A stretch of 64,000 nt of DNA, from positions 119,318-183,317 of the forward strand of contig JBHLMN010000005.1 of assembly GCA_048938105.1 (NCBI GenBank), in the 5' to 3' direction. This document shows, one piece after another, positions 9,252 through 18,922 of the stretch (position 1 is the first letter of the stretch; each line of letters starts with the position of its first letter). Source of the stretch: Promethearchaeota archaeon. GTDB lineage: Archaea; Asgardarchaeota; Heimdallarchaeia; Hodarchaeales; Hodarchaeaceae. The notes beneath the pieces were generated by a model. The model made no database searches. It saw only the letters and a program-made list of their open reading frames with translations, and was not told the origin of the DNA. The position numbers and the translations under genes were made by a program.

Positions 9252-9353
9252 TTAGTAATGTTTGGCTATTGGGACTGTATCCTTGTTTTCTTCAGCATCT
9301 TCCGTTGCTTTCTCTTTTGACTCCGTGTCTACTCTTTTTACTGGTCGAGGCAT
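9252..9353 (-). CDS. Unannotated 33-aa peptide MPRPVKRVDTESKEKATEDAEENKDTVPIAKHY, first gene of the JAMM-E1-E2-E2 operon
   Basis: ATG at 9353, TAA at 9254-9252, AGGAG SD 10 nt upstream (9368-9364), co-oriented and directly upstream of the JAMM gene. Below the ORF-track size cutoff. Confidence 0.75.
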   Translation of the reverse strand: MPRPVKRVDTESKEKATEDAEENKDTVPIAKHY

Positions 9354-9397
9354 TTGCTTTAAACTCCTAAATACTCCAATTAAACGGAATAGACCAC

Positions 9398-9412
9398 TAT
9401 TTATTAATCTTT
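9398..9412 (-). promoter_or_regulatory. Putative BRE/TATA promoter of the peptide-JAMM-E1-E2-E2 operon
   Basis: Minus strand reads AAAGA-TTAATAAATA about 45-55 nt upstream of the peptide ATG. The AT-rich context lowers specificity. Confidence 0.35.
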
Positions 9413-9810
9413 AGTTATGAGAAAGAGACATTTTTGATGAAAGGATCTGTATAGATGATAATTTTATATATTAGAGTAAAAATCTAATGAATTTATTTAA
9501 TTTACACAGCCTTTGTTCTACATAATTGAACCATTGGCATGAAATATGTTAAGAACACTGCTAATTTCCAAGATAATAAGATCTAGTAATGATAAGATAC
9601 TTTATCATGGATATTCCTAACAATTAATGGTCTATATAATAAAATAATGAGTTTGAAGGTTGTGATAGAAATGATATACATAATGATTCATCATATTTCA
9701 GTTCTTGTTTAGGATTCTAGATATGAGAATCAAAAATCGGTTCTAAGTGTTCTCTTCTTGTACTTAAATATCCAAAAAGATTTATTATCTTATAATCAAT
9801 CTTTAGATAA

Positions 9811-11127
9811 TTACTCTGAAAAACACTTCATTAAACGCTCATATAAATTGGGAATGGTCATGAAGAAATAGTAATCCCAGAAAGATGAATATATCGAGTA
9901 AAAATCTTTCCAATTATAAGTCTGGAGTAATTCAAAGGCTCTTCGGTTCTCAGGAAGACTAAACTCTTTGATCCCTTCAATTAAATCTGAGTAATGTGAA
10001 GCAGAAACACGAAACTTTTGGAAACATTTCTTGTTAATAACAGGTAGTTCAGGATGAAGAAATATCAATAGTTTAATTAGTGAATTAAGTAACCACACAC
10101 GTGTTTCGCTTTTCCACTCGGGATCATAAGTATCTTGGAAGGAAATCACTCGGGCAATAGGTCCATAGAGTTTTTGAGTAGCTTTTTTTCCATGAATAAC
10201 ACGTTGCCCCATTTCTATAACAAGTTTTGCATCTTTGAGGCTCTTTAGATACCGATATATTGTTGAGCGTTTCCGCGGTGCGAAAGCCACTTGGTTGTAT
10301 TTTTCTACGATTTCCTCTATAGTCATTGGTCCATCCCGCAAGACATGAAAGAGGGGAATATAGGCTGGTTTTTCCGTATAATGACGTCTGATATCATCTG
10401 TAGGTAATACAAAAAAGAAATTGGGTAGTTGTCTGAAAATATCTTGGACATCTCTGGATTTTTTAATCGTAAGATTCATAGTTGTATCATTAGTAGAAGT
10501 TCTGGATGTTGTTGCTACTTCTATATGTTCGTTAAAGCAGTTCAATAGTTCATCTTGGGCCGTAGGATGCGTTAGGAGAACAGATATCCAACCCAAAAAT
10601 TCTACGATATCATTGATGCTATAAGGAGCCCAAACAGATAATATCTCGAGAATTTCAGCGTTTTTTGAATTGATAAGCCTCTTTTTATCCGCATTTACAA
10701 TATGTTGGAAATTTAGCTGCCACTGGAAAAGAGCATTTTCATCAATGATCTTATTTGGATAAACTATCTTTAAAATATTGAGTATTTCTTTGAAAATCCA
10801 ACAACCATGGTTTTCTTCCCAATCTATTTCTGGTTCATCAATAATTATGTACTTCGCTGTGAGTGAATAAAGGGTTCTTGACATGGTTTTTCCTTTGGTT
10901 ATTCGTTGACCCACTTCTTGAATAATATTATGCTGCTTTAATAGATTTAGATATAGATAAACTGTGGATTTACTATTTGCTTGTCTCATCTCCTTCGTTA
11001 ATTCTGCGTACTTCTTGGCAATTTCTTCAAGGGTCAAAGGATCTTCTTCATGTAGAATTTTAACAAGAGTTAAATAACGAGGATTTCTTAAAAGAGCAAT
11101 CTGTTCTGGATTTAAAGTGGCCATCAC
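9811..11127 (-). CDS. Internally duplicated winged-helix (ArsR-like) transcription regulator
   Basis: Two homologous halves: PLTLEEIAKKY..KSTVYLYLNLLKQHNIIQEVGQR..TLYSLTAK and PMTIEEIVEKY..RSTIYRYLKSLKDAKLVIEMGQR..KLYGPIAR. Confidence 0.8.
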   Translation of the reverse strand: MMATLNPEQIALLRNPRYLTLVKILHEEDPLTLEEIAKKYAELTKEMRQANSKSTVYLYLNLLKQHNIIQEVGQRITKGKTMSRTLYSLTAKYIIIDEPEIDWEENHGCWIFKEILNILKIVYPNKIIDENALFQWQLNFQHIVNADKKRLINSKNAEILEILSVWAPYSINDIVEFLGWISVLLTHPTAQDELLNCFNEHIEVATTSRTSTNDTTMNLTIKKSRDVQDIFRQLPNFFFVLPTDDIRRHYTEKPAYIPLFHVLRDGPMTIEEIVEKYNQVAFAPRKRSTIYRYLKSLKDAKLVIEMGQRVIHGKKATQKLYGPIARVISFQDTYDPEWKSETRVWLLNSLIKLLIFLHPELPVINKKCFQKFRVSASHYSDLIEGIKEFSLPENRRAFELLQTYNWKDFYSIYSSFWDYYFFMTIPNLYERLMKCFSE

Positions 11128-11490
11128 TAGTTCTGACTCTCTAGTAATAATATCTTGATATTTTTGATCAATAGGATTTTCTATGATGGTTTATCACCAA
11201 TTTCAACGATTTATTAAACCTATATTTGTCTTGTTACAATTTCAGTATGGATAAGTCATTTAGGTGATGTCATAATACCTCATCAACTTTAGTTGTAGAA
11301 TCGGGGAGCTTTAAGGAAATTAGCTTTTGTATCAAAGATTCGTTAAAGGGATTATAACAATTTATTGTTTGTTTACGACCATTCATCATTATATATAACC
11401 TATTTCAATTTTATTACTTCCTATTTTAAAAAGTATTTATATTATTTAATTTTATCATTTCTTGTTTTAAAATTGAGAAAAGTGAAAAAA

Positions 11491-12441
11491 ATGCATCCTG
11501 AATTTATTATAAAAACAGAAAATCTAACTAAATTATACAACGGTGTTTTTGCATTAAAAAATCTAAATTTGTTAGTTAAAAAACACTCTATTTTTGGCTT
11601 TCTTGGTCCAAATGGAGCCGGAAAAACAACTACCATAAAAATACTAATAGGATTAATACAACCAACAGCAGGTAGCGGTGAGGTTTTTGGTTATAATATT
11701 CAAAATGAAAGTATGAAAATTCGTGCTCGTATTGGTTATTTACCCCAGGAACCTACATTTTATGATCATCTATCTGCTCGTGAGGTACTCAAATTTACAG
11801 CTCGATTCTTTTTTTCTGGGTCTAAAGAAGCTATAAATAAGCGAGTATCTGACATGCTCGAATTAGTTTCTCTTTCAGATAAATCAGACCGACCTATTAG
11901 GGGTTATTCCACTGGTGAAAAACGACGATTAGGTATTGCTCAAGCAACGATAAATTATCCCGATTTATTAATCCTTGACGAACCTGCAGCTTCTCTGGAT
12001 CCCATTGGCCGTCTAGATGTCTTGAGAATTATGTCTAAACTCCGCGAATATACTACAATTTTCTATTCCACGCACATCTTAGATGATGTGCAAAAAGTGA
12101 GTGATTCTGTAGGTATTCTAAACAAAGGACAGCTTATCTCACAAGGTTCTATCGAAGATATTTTGAAAGATGGAAAAGGGACAATATTCAGTGTTAAAGT
12201 TCAAGGAGACATTTCAAAGGTTCACAACCAACTAATTATCCAGAAATGGATTTCTAATGTGAATATCACTCAATTAGGTGACAATAATGATTATCAATTG
12301 GAGATCACAGTATCAGATGATGAACATGCACAAAAAAATCTTCTTCGTGAATTGATGAAAGATAATTCATTAACTATTAGCGATTTTCGACGTCAAGAAT
12401 ACGAATTAGAAGATATTTTCATTAAACTTGTTGAAGGATAA
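11491..12441 (+). CDS. ABC-2 type transporter ATP-binding protein
   Basis: GPNGAGKTT, YSTGEKRRL, LILDEP, STH. Start moved to ATG 11491 (MHPEFIIKTENLTK). Confidence 0.93.
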   Translation: MHPEFIIKTENLTKLYNGVFALKNLNLLVKKHSIFGFLGPNGAGKTTTIKILIGLIQPTAGSGEVFGYNIQNESMKIRARIGYLPQEPTFYDHLSAREVLKFTARFFFSGSKEAINKRVSDMLELVSLSDKSDRPIRGYSTGEKRRLGIAQATINYPDLLILDEPAASLDPIGRLDVLRIMSKLREYTTIFYSTHILDDVQKVSDSVGILNKGQLISQGSIEDILKDGKGTIFSVKVQGDISKVHNQLIIQKWISNVNITQLGDNNDYQLEITVSDDEHAQKNLLRELMKDNSLTISDFRRQEYELEDIFIKLVEG

Positions 12442-12445
12442 CAAA

Positions 12446-13234
12446 ATGTTAAAAAACGAAAATTTAGAACGAATATCTTTTACAAAATGGAATCAGGGGT
12501 TTAATAATCTTTTTAGAGCAGAATTATCTAGGTGGTTTAATAAAAAGGTTTTCCTTACTCGCCTCCTTCTTTGGTGCGGTTTCTCAAATGGGATGGCTAT
12601 ATTAATCTGGTTGCAAGCCCCTAACGCAGGATCAGAACCGATTTTAGTATTTGGGATTTTTGCGGGTTTAGCTTCCTCTATTGGAGTAACTATTATAATG
12701 CAAGAGTCTATTGTTGGGGAAATTAAATATGGTGCAGCAGCTTGGATACTCTCAAAACCTATCACTAGAAAATCCTATATTTTAGCCAAATGGACAGGAA
12801 ATTCAATTGGGGCTGCCATATCAATGATTATTGCACCCACTTGTCTCTTTTATGGCTCATTTTTTCTATTCACTGGTGAGATATTAAAATTAGAGATGTT
12901 TTTCGTAGTTTGCATAGTTTTGTCGCTAAACATGCTTTTTTTCTTGTCATTCACTCTATTGATGGGATCTTTTCAGCGCAATTCCACGCTTGTAATCGGT
13001 GTACCCATTGCTTTCTATTTAACACAACAAATCATATTTAATTTTACCACTTCATTGGTTCATATTGTTCCATGGGCACTTACAAATCCTTTAAGTGATG
13101 GTACTCCCAGTATTGTAGTTTCCTTCATACTAGGTACTAAACCTTTCTCAATCTTACCCATAATTGTAACTTCAGTGTACATTCTCATTTTGTTATTATT
13201 AACAATTAAGATCATGCAGAAACAAGAAATTTAA
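12446..13234 (+). CDS. ABC-2 type transporter permease
   Basis: About six TM segments and EIKYGAAAWILSKPITRKSYILAKW motif; directly follows the ATPase. Confidence 0.9.
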   Translation: MLKNENLERISFTKWNQGFNNLFRAELSRWFNKKVFLTRLLLWCGFSNGMAILIWLQAPNAGSEPILVFGIFAGLASSIGVTIIMQESIVGEIKYGAAAWILSKPITRKSYILAKWTGNSIGAAISMIIAPTCLFYGSFFLFTGEILKLEMFFVVCIVLSLNMLFFLSFTLLMGSFQRNSTLVIGVPIAFYLTQQIIFNFTTSLVHIVPWALTNPLSDGTPSIVVSFILGTKPFSILPIIVTSVYILILLLLTIKIMQKQEI

Positions 13235-13327
13235 CAACGATGTTTCCATATAAATAATCTTTGCGATAAGAAGACGAAATGTGACTATTTAATCGAAGAT
13301 AACTCTCTCATTCTCAGTTAACCATTA

Positions 13328-13741
13328 TTAAGGTGAGATTTCTAAGAAGATCCTCTCTTCTGGATTCTTCCAGAATTGAAATTTACTGAAGAAAACAAAG
13401 AGAGATCTCATAATCTTGTTGAATCCTTTATTGAATTTCTCATCAAGAGCTTGTTTAGCTATATTAACTTCATCAGCATTGGAGAGGATTCTAACAGTCA
13501 TATCCTCTTCTTCTCCAAGGATTTTTCCACGAATGGTACAAGGGGCTATTTTTGCTTTTGGATTTCTTTGAATTCGTTTTACTTTCCATGATTTTTTTCG
13601 TGTATTAACATAAAGCTTACCATTCCTTTCTGCGAATTCGACAGGTGTAGCGATTCCTTTCCCGCTTTTATAGAAGGTCTTTAAACTAATATATTTCTTG
13701 TCTTTAAGATAAGAGAATGGATTTTCTGTCATGATATTCAC
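13328..13741 (-). CDS. PPOX-class probable F420-dependent oxidoreductase
   Basis: YISLKTFYKSGKGIATPV, SWKVKRIQRNP..IAPCTIRG. Confidence 0.85.
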   Translation of the reverse strand: MNIMTENPFSYLKDKKYISLKTFYKSGKGIATPVEFAERNGKLYVNTRKKSWKVKRIQRNPKAKIAPCTIRGKILGEEEDMTVRILSNADEVNIAKQALDEKFNKGFNKIMRSLFVFFSKFQFWKNPEERIFLEISP

Positions 13742-14307
13742 ATTAGTGAAGAATTCAAGATAGGTTTAAGCTTGTTAACATATTTCTTTCGAAATTTCAT
13801 GATTTTTGGTATAATTAAAAGTTGACAATAGGGTTGGTTCGGGTTCTTTTTGAAATATTCTTGATGATAATCTTCTGCAGGGAAAAAATTTGTGAAAGCG
13901 GTAACTTCTGTGGCAATTGGATCAGGCCATATGGCTTCAGTTTCTAATTCTCTGATTAATTCTCTTGCTTCCTCCTTTTGTTGCTTAGAGTGATAAAAAA
14001 TCACTGATCGGTATTGAGTTCCAATATCATTGCCCTGACGATTCAATTGAGTTGGATCATGAATAGTGAAAAAGATTTCTAGAATTTCTCTAAAAGAAAC
14101 TAGTTGCTGATTGAACGTAATCTGAACTACTTCGGCATGGCCAGTAGTTCCTGTACAGACCTCCTCATAAGTGGGATTAGCTATTTTTCCTCCAGAATAA
14201 CCAGATATAACTTCTTTTACACCTTGAACATCATTGAATATCGCTTCTAGACACCAAAAACATCCTCCTCCAAGTGTGATAATTTCATTATCTTTTTGAT
14301 TTACCAT
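13738..14307 (-). CDS. msrA: Peptide-methionine (S)-S-oxide reductase
   Basis: GGGCFWC, YEEVCTGTTGHAE, HDPT, AEDYHQEY. Confidence 0.97.
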   Translation of the reverse strand: MVNQKDNEIITLGGGCFWCLEAIFNDVQGVKEVISGYSGGKIANPTYEEVCTGTTGHAEVVQITFNQQLVSFREILEIFFTIHDPTQLNRQGNDIGTQYRSVIFYHSKQQKEEARELIRELETEAIWPDPIATEVTAFTNFFPAEDYHQEYFKKNPNQPYCQLLIIPKIMKFRKKYVNKLKPILNSSLM

Positions 14308-14508
14308 TAAAATATATTCAATCCTTTAATCCGTTTAAGAAAGACAGATTAAACATAGAATAAGTGCTTAATTCAATGAAATTCGAATGGTTCTTTTTAA
14401 AAGAACATGTTTTGATTACATCGAATTTTTATTGAAAGGAGTTTCACTCAGTTATGAAAAGACTCTTGAATGATTATTCTTCTTTTCTTCCACGGAGATT
14501 AGGGAAGA

Positions 14509-15174
14509 TTGATAGGTGTAATAATAGATATCGATGATACAATAATAGAAACTCTACCAAGAACTCACAAAATAATGGAGTCAATATTAAATCGAGAGAT
14601 TCCTTTTACAGATCTTCATAGGTTATCTCAAGAGGAAATTTTTTACAAATATGCAACGCAGAGCCAAAAAGATAAATCCAAAGAACTGAGAAAACAATTT
14701 TTCAATCTCCTTTTATGTAAGAATGAAACAGGTATCGAATTACTTAAGTACGACAAAGCTATCCCTTTTGCTGTTGATGTACTTCAAAAATGGAAAGAAG
14801 TGTGCAAAATAATATACATTACAGGTCGATTGAAACATATACGTGACCAAACAATGGAAGAACTAAGGGAATTTGGCTTTCCTGTGACAAATACAGATCT
14901 AATCATGTTTGAACCTTCTGATTGGGGATCTGGAGAGTCATTGCTTGAAGCTTGAAAAAGGTTATTATTTTCAATTTCCAAGCATTTAACTATCGTTAAA
15001 GTTGTTGATGATTATCCTGGGTATTTTCCAGCATATAAACAGACTTCTATTCCCGATAGAATAGGTCTCCATAGATTAGAAAATCGTTCTAGAGATGATT
15101 ATGTAAAGAATGGAGCAACGCGAGTAATAGAAAGTTGGGAACAGTTGTTGGATGATACCCCAAGAGTTCTGTAA
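14509..15174 (+). pseudogene. HAD-superfamily hydrolase interrupted by an in-frame TGA at 14953-14955
   Basis: DIDDT motif I and ITGR motif II. The frame stays open after the TGA (KRLLFSISKHLTIVKVVDDYPGY...GATRVIESWEQLL), supplying motif IV (DD), to TAA 15172-15174. Confidence 0.8.
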
Positions 15175-15244
15175 GATAAATAGAAAAGCTGTTTAATTAT
15201 GAGTCGCAAGGAAACAACAAGGAGTTATTTTACTTCTGTTGATA

Positions 15245-16129
15245 CTAGTCTCCTGAGATTTCAAAGTTTAATTCGGTACCTACAGCGCAGGTTCTAATTT
15301 TCGCTGTTCCAAATCTCTGTTTTAAAATTTTGGTGACTGGAGTTTTCTTTACCGAAGGTAATGGAAAATTATCAGTGCAATGGTTTAGATAGAGGTCTGG
15401 AACTCCATATTTTTCTTCTAACACATTCGCTACTTGTTCTACCTCGTTTTTAGAAAACCGAACCATGTGTGTTCCCCCAATTATCGCCTTAAATGGTTTA
15501 TTTTTTAGTTTCGTTACGTGTTCTAAGGTGTTTAATAAACCCGCATGACAGCATCCTGTTATTAGTACTAGACCTTCTTTGGTGTCTAAAACAACAGACT
15601 GATCATCAACAACTGGATCGACTTCTAGAGTCTCACCAACCTTGTGGTACGCATTGGGTTCCCTGCCATCGCGGTGTGGACGATGGGTTATTTCACCTGT
15701 TGAGGTTAATCCCTCAGCTAATTCGATTGGATCACTAATAAGGTGAAAATCAATCTTTTTTTGTTGTTCTTCGGATAATTTTGGAAATCCTATATTTCTT
15801 TCAATTAAATTCATCTTGAAGACTTTACTTTCAGTTATAGAAGGATGTCCATATACAGGTATTGGACTGACTGGATTTATTGAATCAAGCAACCCTGGCA
15901 AACCATGAGTATGGTCATAGTGGCCGTGAGAAAAAATAATTTTTGTAATATTATCTGGTGACACCCCTAATTCATTCATATTGTGTAGAAGAATTTCTGA
16001 ATTTGCACCTGTATCAAAAAGTATGTTTTCATCACCTGTTGAAATATAAAACGCTTGTCCATGCCCTCCTTTTAGATTTTTATTATCTGGAAATTCATTT
16101 GTAAATACATTTGTTATTTTGACTTTCAT
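15245..16129 (-). CDS. MBL-fold metallo-hydrolase (MJ0301-like family)
   Basis: ILFDTG, SHGHYDHTHG, DDQS, TGCCHAG, IIGGTH, HCT. Start placed at ATG 16129 (MKVKITNV). Confidence 0.88.
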   Translation of the reverse strand: MKVKITNVFTNEFPDNKNLKGGHGQAFYISTGDENILFDTGANSEILLHNMNELGVSPDNITKIIFSHGHYDHTHGLPGLLDSINPVSPIPVYGHPSITESKVFKMNLIERNIGFPKLSEEQQKKIDFHLISDPIELAEGLTSTGEITHRPHRDGREPNAYHKVGETLEVDPVVDDQSVVLDTKEGLVLITGCCHAGLLNTLEHVTKLKNKPFKAIIGGTHMVRFSKNEVEQVANVLEEKYGVPDLYLNHCTDNFPLPSVKKTPVTKILKQRFGTAKIRTCAVGTELNFEISGD

Positions 16130-16235
16130 TTTTAAGCTCATCTCTGAAAAATGTAGAATTAAACTTAAATATGTTTTTTTTTTAATGGTCATTAAATTAA
16201 TTACAACAATGAAATGATTGGAGACATAAAGAAAA

Positions 16236-16445
16236 ATGAGTAGGAAGTTCCTAATATTTCTTATATTAGCACTTTTATTTTGTGGTTTAGGATTACACTC
16301 CTTGATATTATTCCTAATTGATCCAGAGTTAAACTTCATATATGGTTTTATAAGTATGGGACTTCTTATTCCTGGTTCTATTCTTTTTCTCGCTGCTTTT
16401 GAATCAAAGATAGGATTTTTATCAAACGATTCGGTGAAAACCTAA
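16236..16445 (+). CDS. Small two-TM membrane protein
   Basis: Two hydrophobic segments. It occupies the intergenic gap once the MBL start is corrected. Confidence 0.55.
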   Translation: MSRKFLIFLILALLFCGLGLHSLILFLIDPELNFIYGFISMGLLIPGSILFLAAFESKIGFLSNDSVKT

Positions 16446-16674
16446 CCTCTTTTTGTTTAAAAGAATAAAATATTTCCAAAATTAAGTACTAGCGTGTAAA
16501 CTGATTCCATAAACTTATTCGGACAATTCACTCAAAAAAAACTTGATGGTCTCCTAAAAAAGCAAATTTACTGTTAAAATCTACTTCTTTGTCCAAAAAT
16601 TATTTTCTTTTTATTTATAAAGTAAAAACAAATGTTTACTTTTCGGGAAAATTTCTGTTTATAGAAGTGATTAA

Positions 16675-17229
16675 ATGATTGAACAGGATGATAGTGAGAA
16701 ATGGACGCTCAAATTTCTAAAACAATGGTTTTCAGGTCTTATTAGAGGACTTGAATGCCATTCTGAGCAGGTACATAACAATATTTCGAAACACTGTGGA
16801 CGGGCCTGCGCACATCCCCAGGCTGTGAATTTTTTTCGTGAAGCCTGGGAAAAAACCAAGAATATTGATAGATTTATTCAATTATTAAATCAGAAATATC
16901 AATCTGGGGTTTTTAATAAAAAAAGTGAAACATCTATTTCTGTTCACTATTCTAAATGTTATTGTCCGCTGTGGCAGCTAGAATTAGTGGATTCGTCTAT
17001 ATTTCGCAATTGTTCCAGTTTCTGGTTACGAGAGGTATTCGAATCCGCTTTAAACATTCCTGTTCATGTCAAAACCATACAAACAATATGTAATGGAGCT
17101 ACTAAATGCTTATTTGAAGTAGAATTCCCATTGGGTGCAATCGATACATCACTAACTGAATTTCAAATCTATCTTAAAGAAGCAATAAAATTGCGATATC
17201 AAGTAGATGAAGGCCATTTTGATGTCTAG
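16675..17229 (+). CDS. Cys-rich V4R/DUF6144-like ligand-binding protein
   Basis: CGRACA, CYCP, NCS, TICNGATKCLFEV (V4R-like C-terminal pattern). Confidence 0.6.
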   Translation: MIEQDDSEKWTLKFLKQWFSGLIRGLECHSEQVHNNISKHCGRACAHPQAVNFFREAWEKTKNIDRFIQLLNQKYQSGVFNKKSETSISVHYSKCYCPLWQLELVDSSIFRNCSSFWLREVFESALNIPVHVKTIQTICNGATKCLFEVEFPLGAIDTSLTEFQIYLKEAIKLRYQVDEGHFDV

Positions 17230-17386
17230 AAACAAAAAGGATGCCATAAACACATCTTAGGTGATTTCAGTTCTTAATTTCCTATCGATCTTAGAATTCC
17301 GAAATTCATACTTCGTACCTTAAAAATGGAATTACCTTAACAATTAGCTTTAAAATACATTAGAAGAGCGTAGAGGATGATAGAAA

Positions 17387-17659
17387 TTGACTTTTAAAAA
17401 ATCAACAGAACCTATTTGTCAAAGTTGTGCGATGGTTCTTGAGACACTTAATGATAAAGGCACTGAAGCTGATGGAACACGAAGTGATGATTATTGTTAT
17501 AGTTGCTATGAATCTGGTGAATTCACTGAACCTGAAATCACGATGAAAGAAATGATTGAGAATAGCATATCCAGTACAGCAAAATCCCTTGATATTACGA
17601 TAGAAGAAGCAAAAACTTATCTAGAATCACTCCTTCCTACTCTTAAACGATGGCGATGA
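17387..17659 (+). CDS. Zinc-ribbon protein (Zn_ribbon_2-like)
   Basis: CQSCAM..GTEADG..DYCYSCY..GEFTEP..LKRW pattern. Confidence 0.85.
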   Translation: MTFKKSTEPICQSCAMVLETLNDKGTEADGTRSDDYCYSCYESGEFTEPEITMKEMIENSISSTAKSLDITIEEAKTYLESLLPTLKRWR

Positions 17660-17778
17660 CTCTAGAATCGTATTACTCTATAATAATTTTCTCTTTGAGC
17701 TATTAGATAGAATTATTTGCCTATTTGAAGACATATTTCAAAGAAAAAGTACATTTCATGTAGAATCCTGGGAGCTAT

Positions 17779-17979
17779 TTATGGGATCAATCGTCGTGGA
17801 ATATAATCGGATAATTTCTTATTAGAAGGAATACGAGAAACAAAGGCATCCATCCCGCATTCAGAGCACTTTAAACGAAGCATACGATGATTTACAATAG
17901 CAGAAATGCTATGAATGTGACACCAAGGACACACTAATTCTATTTTAGCTCTTGATTGAAGTACTATATCTTCCTCCAT
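17779..17979 (-). CDS. Small zinc-finger protein
   Basis: CPWC...CSECG. Confidence 0.65.
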   Translation of the reverse strand: MEEDIVLQSRAKIELVCPWCHIHSISAIVNHRMLRLKCSECGMDAFVSRIPSNKKLSDYIPRRLIP

Positions 17980-18078
17980 TTCGATAGTCAGATTACGGTC
18001 CTCCTTTTCTTTTTTAACTTCTTAATTGAAGGAAAATCTCTCTAGTTTTGTTCATATACTCATTCTTGGTAAATTTCA

Positions 18079-18534
18079 CTAAGAAATATTCTCGTAAATT
18101 CGCTCCATTTTTAATAATTTTTGGACTTCTGAAATACCGCTGAACTTTTTTAGTTTTGAAATAAAGTAATTTAAGTCTTGTAAGTTCCTTGAAAGAACCT
18201 CAAGCATAAACATATCTTCATCATTAGCTCGATATAGTGAAAGCAGTTTACTATTACTTTGTTCCGCTTGGTTAGGTAATTGCTCCAATTGTATGTAATT
18301 CTTATAACTTGGCTCAAGTTGAAAAGTTATTATTGCTTGGATTTCATATCCAAGGTTTTCTGGAAATGTGACGACTCTATAACCGTGGATGATCCCGTTC
18401 TCTTGTAATCGTTTAATACGGTTCCTTACTGTACCCTCTGTTTTATGAATAGACTTAGCTATTTCAGTGAATTTTGTTCTTCCGTTTTGATGCAAAATTT
18501 CTAGAATTTTCCTATCAATCTCATCATAATTCAT
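18079..18534 (-). CDS. Lrp/AsnC family transcription regulator
   Basis: DEIDRKILEILHQNGRTKFTEIAK..TVRNRIKRL..GII; GGAGG SD upstream. Confidence 0.93.
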   Translation of the reverse strand: MNYDEIDRKILEILHQNGRTKFTEIAKSIHKTEGTVRNRIKRLQENGIIHGYRVVTFPENLGYEIQAIITFQLEPSYKNYIQLEQLPNQAEQSNSKLLSLYRANDEDMFMLEVLSRNLQDLNYFISKLKKFSGISEVQKLLKMERIYENIS

Positions 18535-18922
18535 AGAGTTTCCTCCAAAACTAACAATTCTCTCTATGAGTGAAAGTAAATTTAGATAAAGCTCTCTTAA
18601 ATTATTAAGTTAATTCCAATTAATTAACATATGATATTTGAGAAGAACAACTCAAATCAAATTGAGATAAAGTAAATCAAAATATACACGAGTGTTTTAT
18701 TCAGGTTAATAGATAATACGATATTCGAAGGAAATTCAATATATGTAAGAATGTTAGGTGGTACTTGCACTTAAGGTTTCAAAAATATTGAATAATCCAA
18801 AAGGTTCATGGATCTAAGTAGATTGAACAGATATAACTTAACCATTTAAATAATTATACCTGTTTTTTCTGATAGAAGATATTAATGCAGTAAAACGATC
18901 CTTATATAAGGAAAATGTTACA

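Noticed and set aside
6116-9810. A canonical ubiquitin/SAMP/ThiS gene or RING E3 in the E1-E2-JAMM cluster
   Set aside because: No ORF of about 70-100 aa ending in GG and no RING motif was seen in the track or flanks; only the 33-aa peptide was found.
14953-14955. Selenocysteine or genome-wide TGA recoding
   Set aside because: TGA terminates intact genes elsewhere (e.g. ptrB, 35904, 40989); the position is not catalytic; no SECIS recognised.
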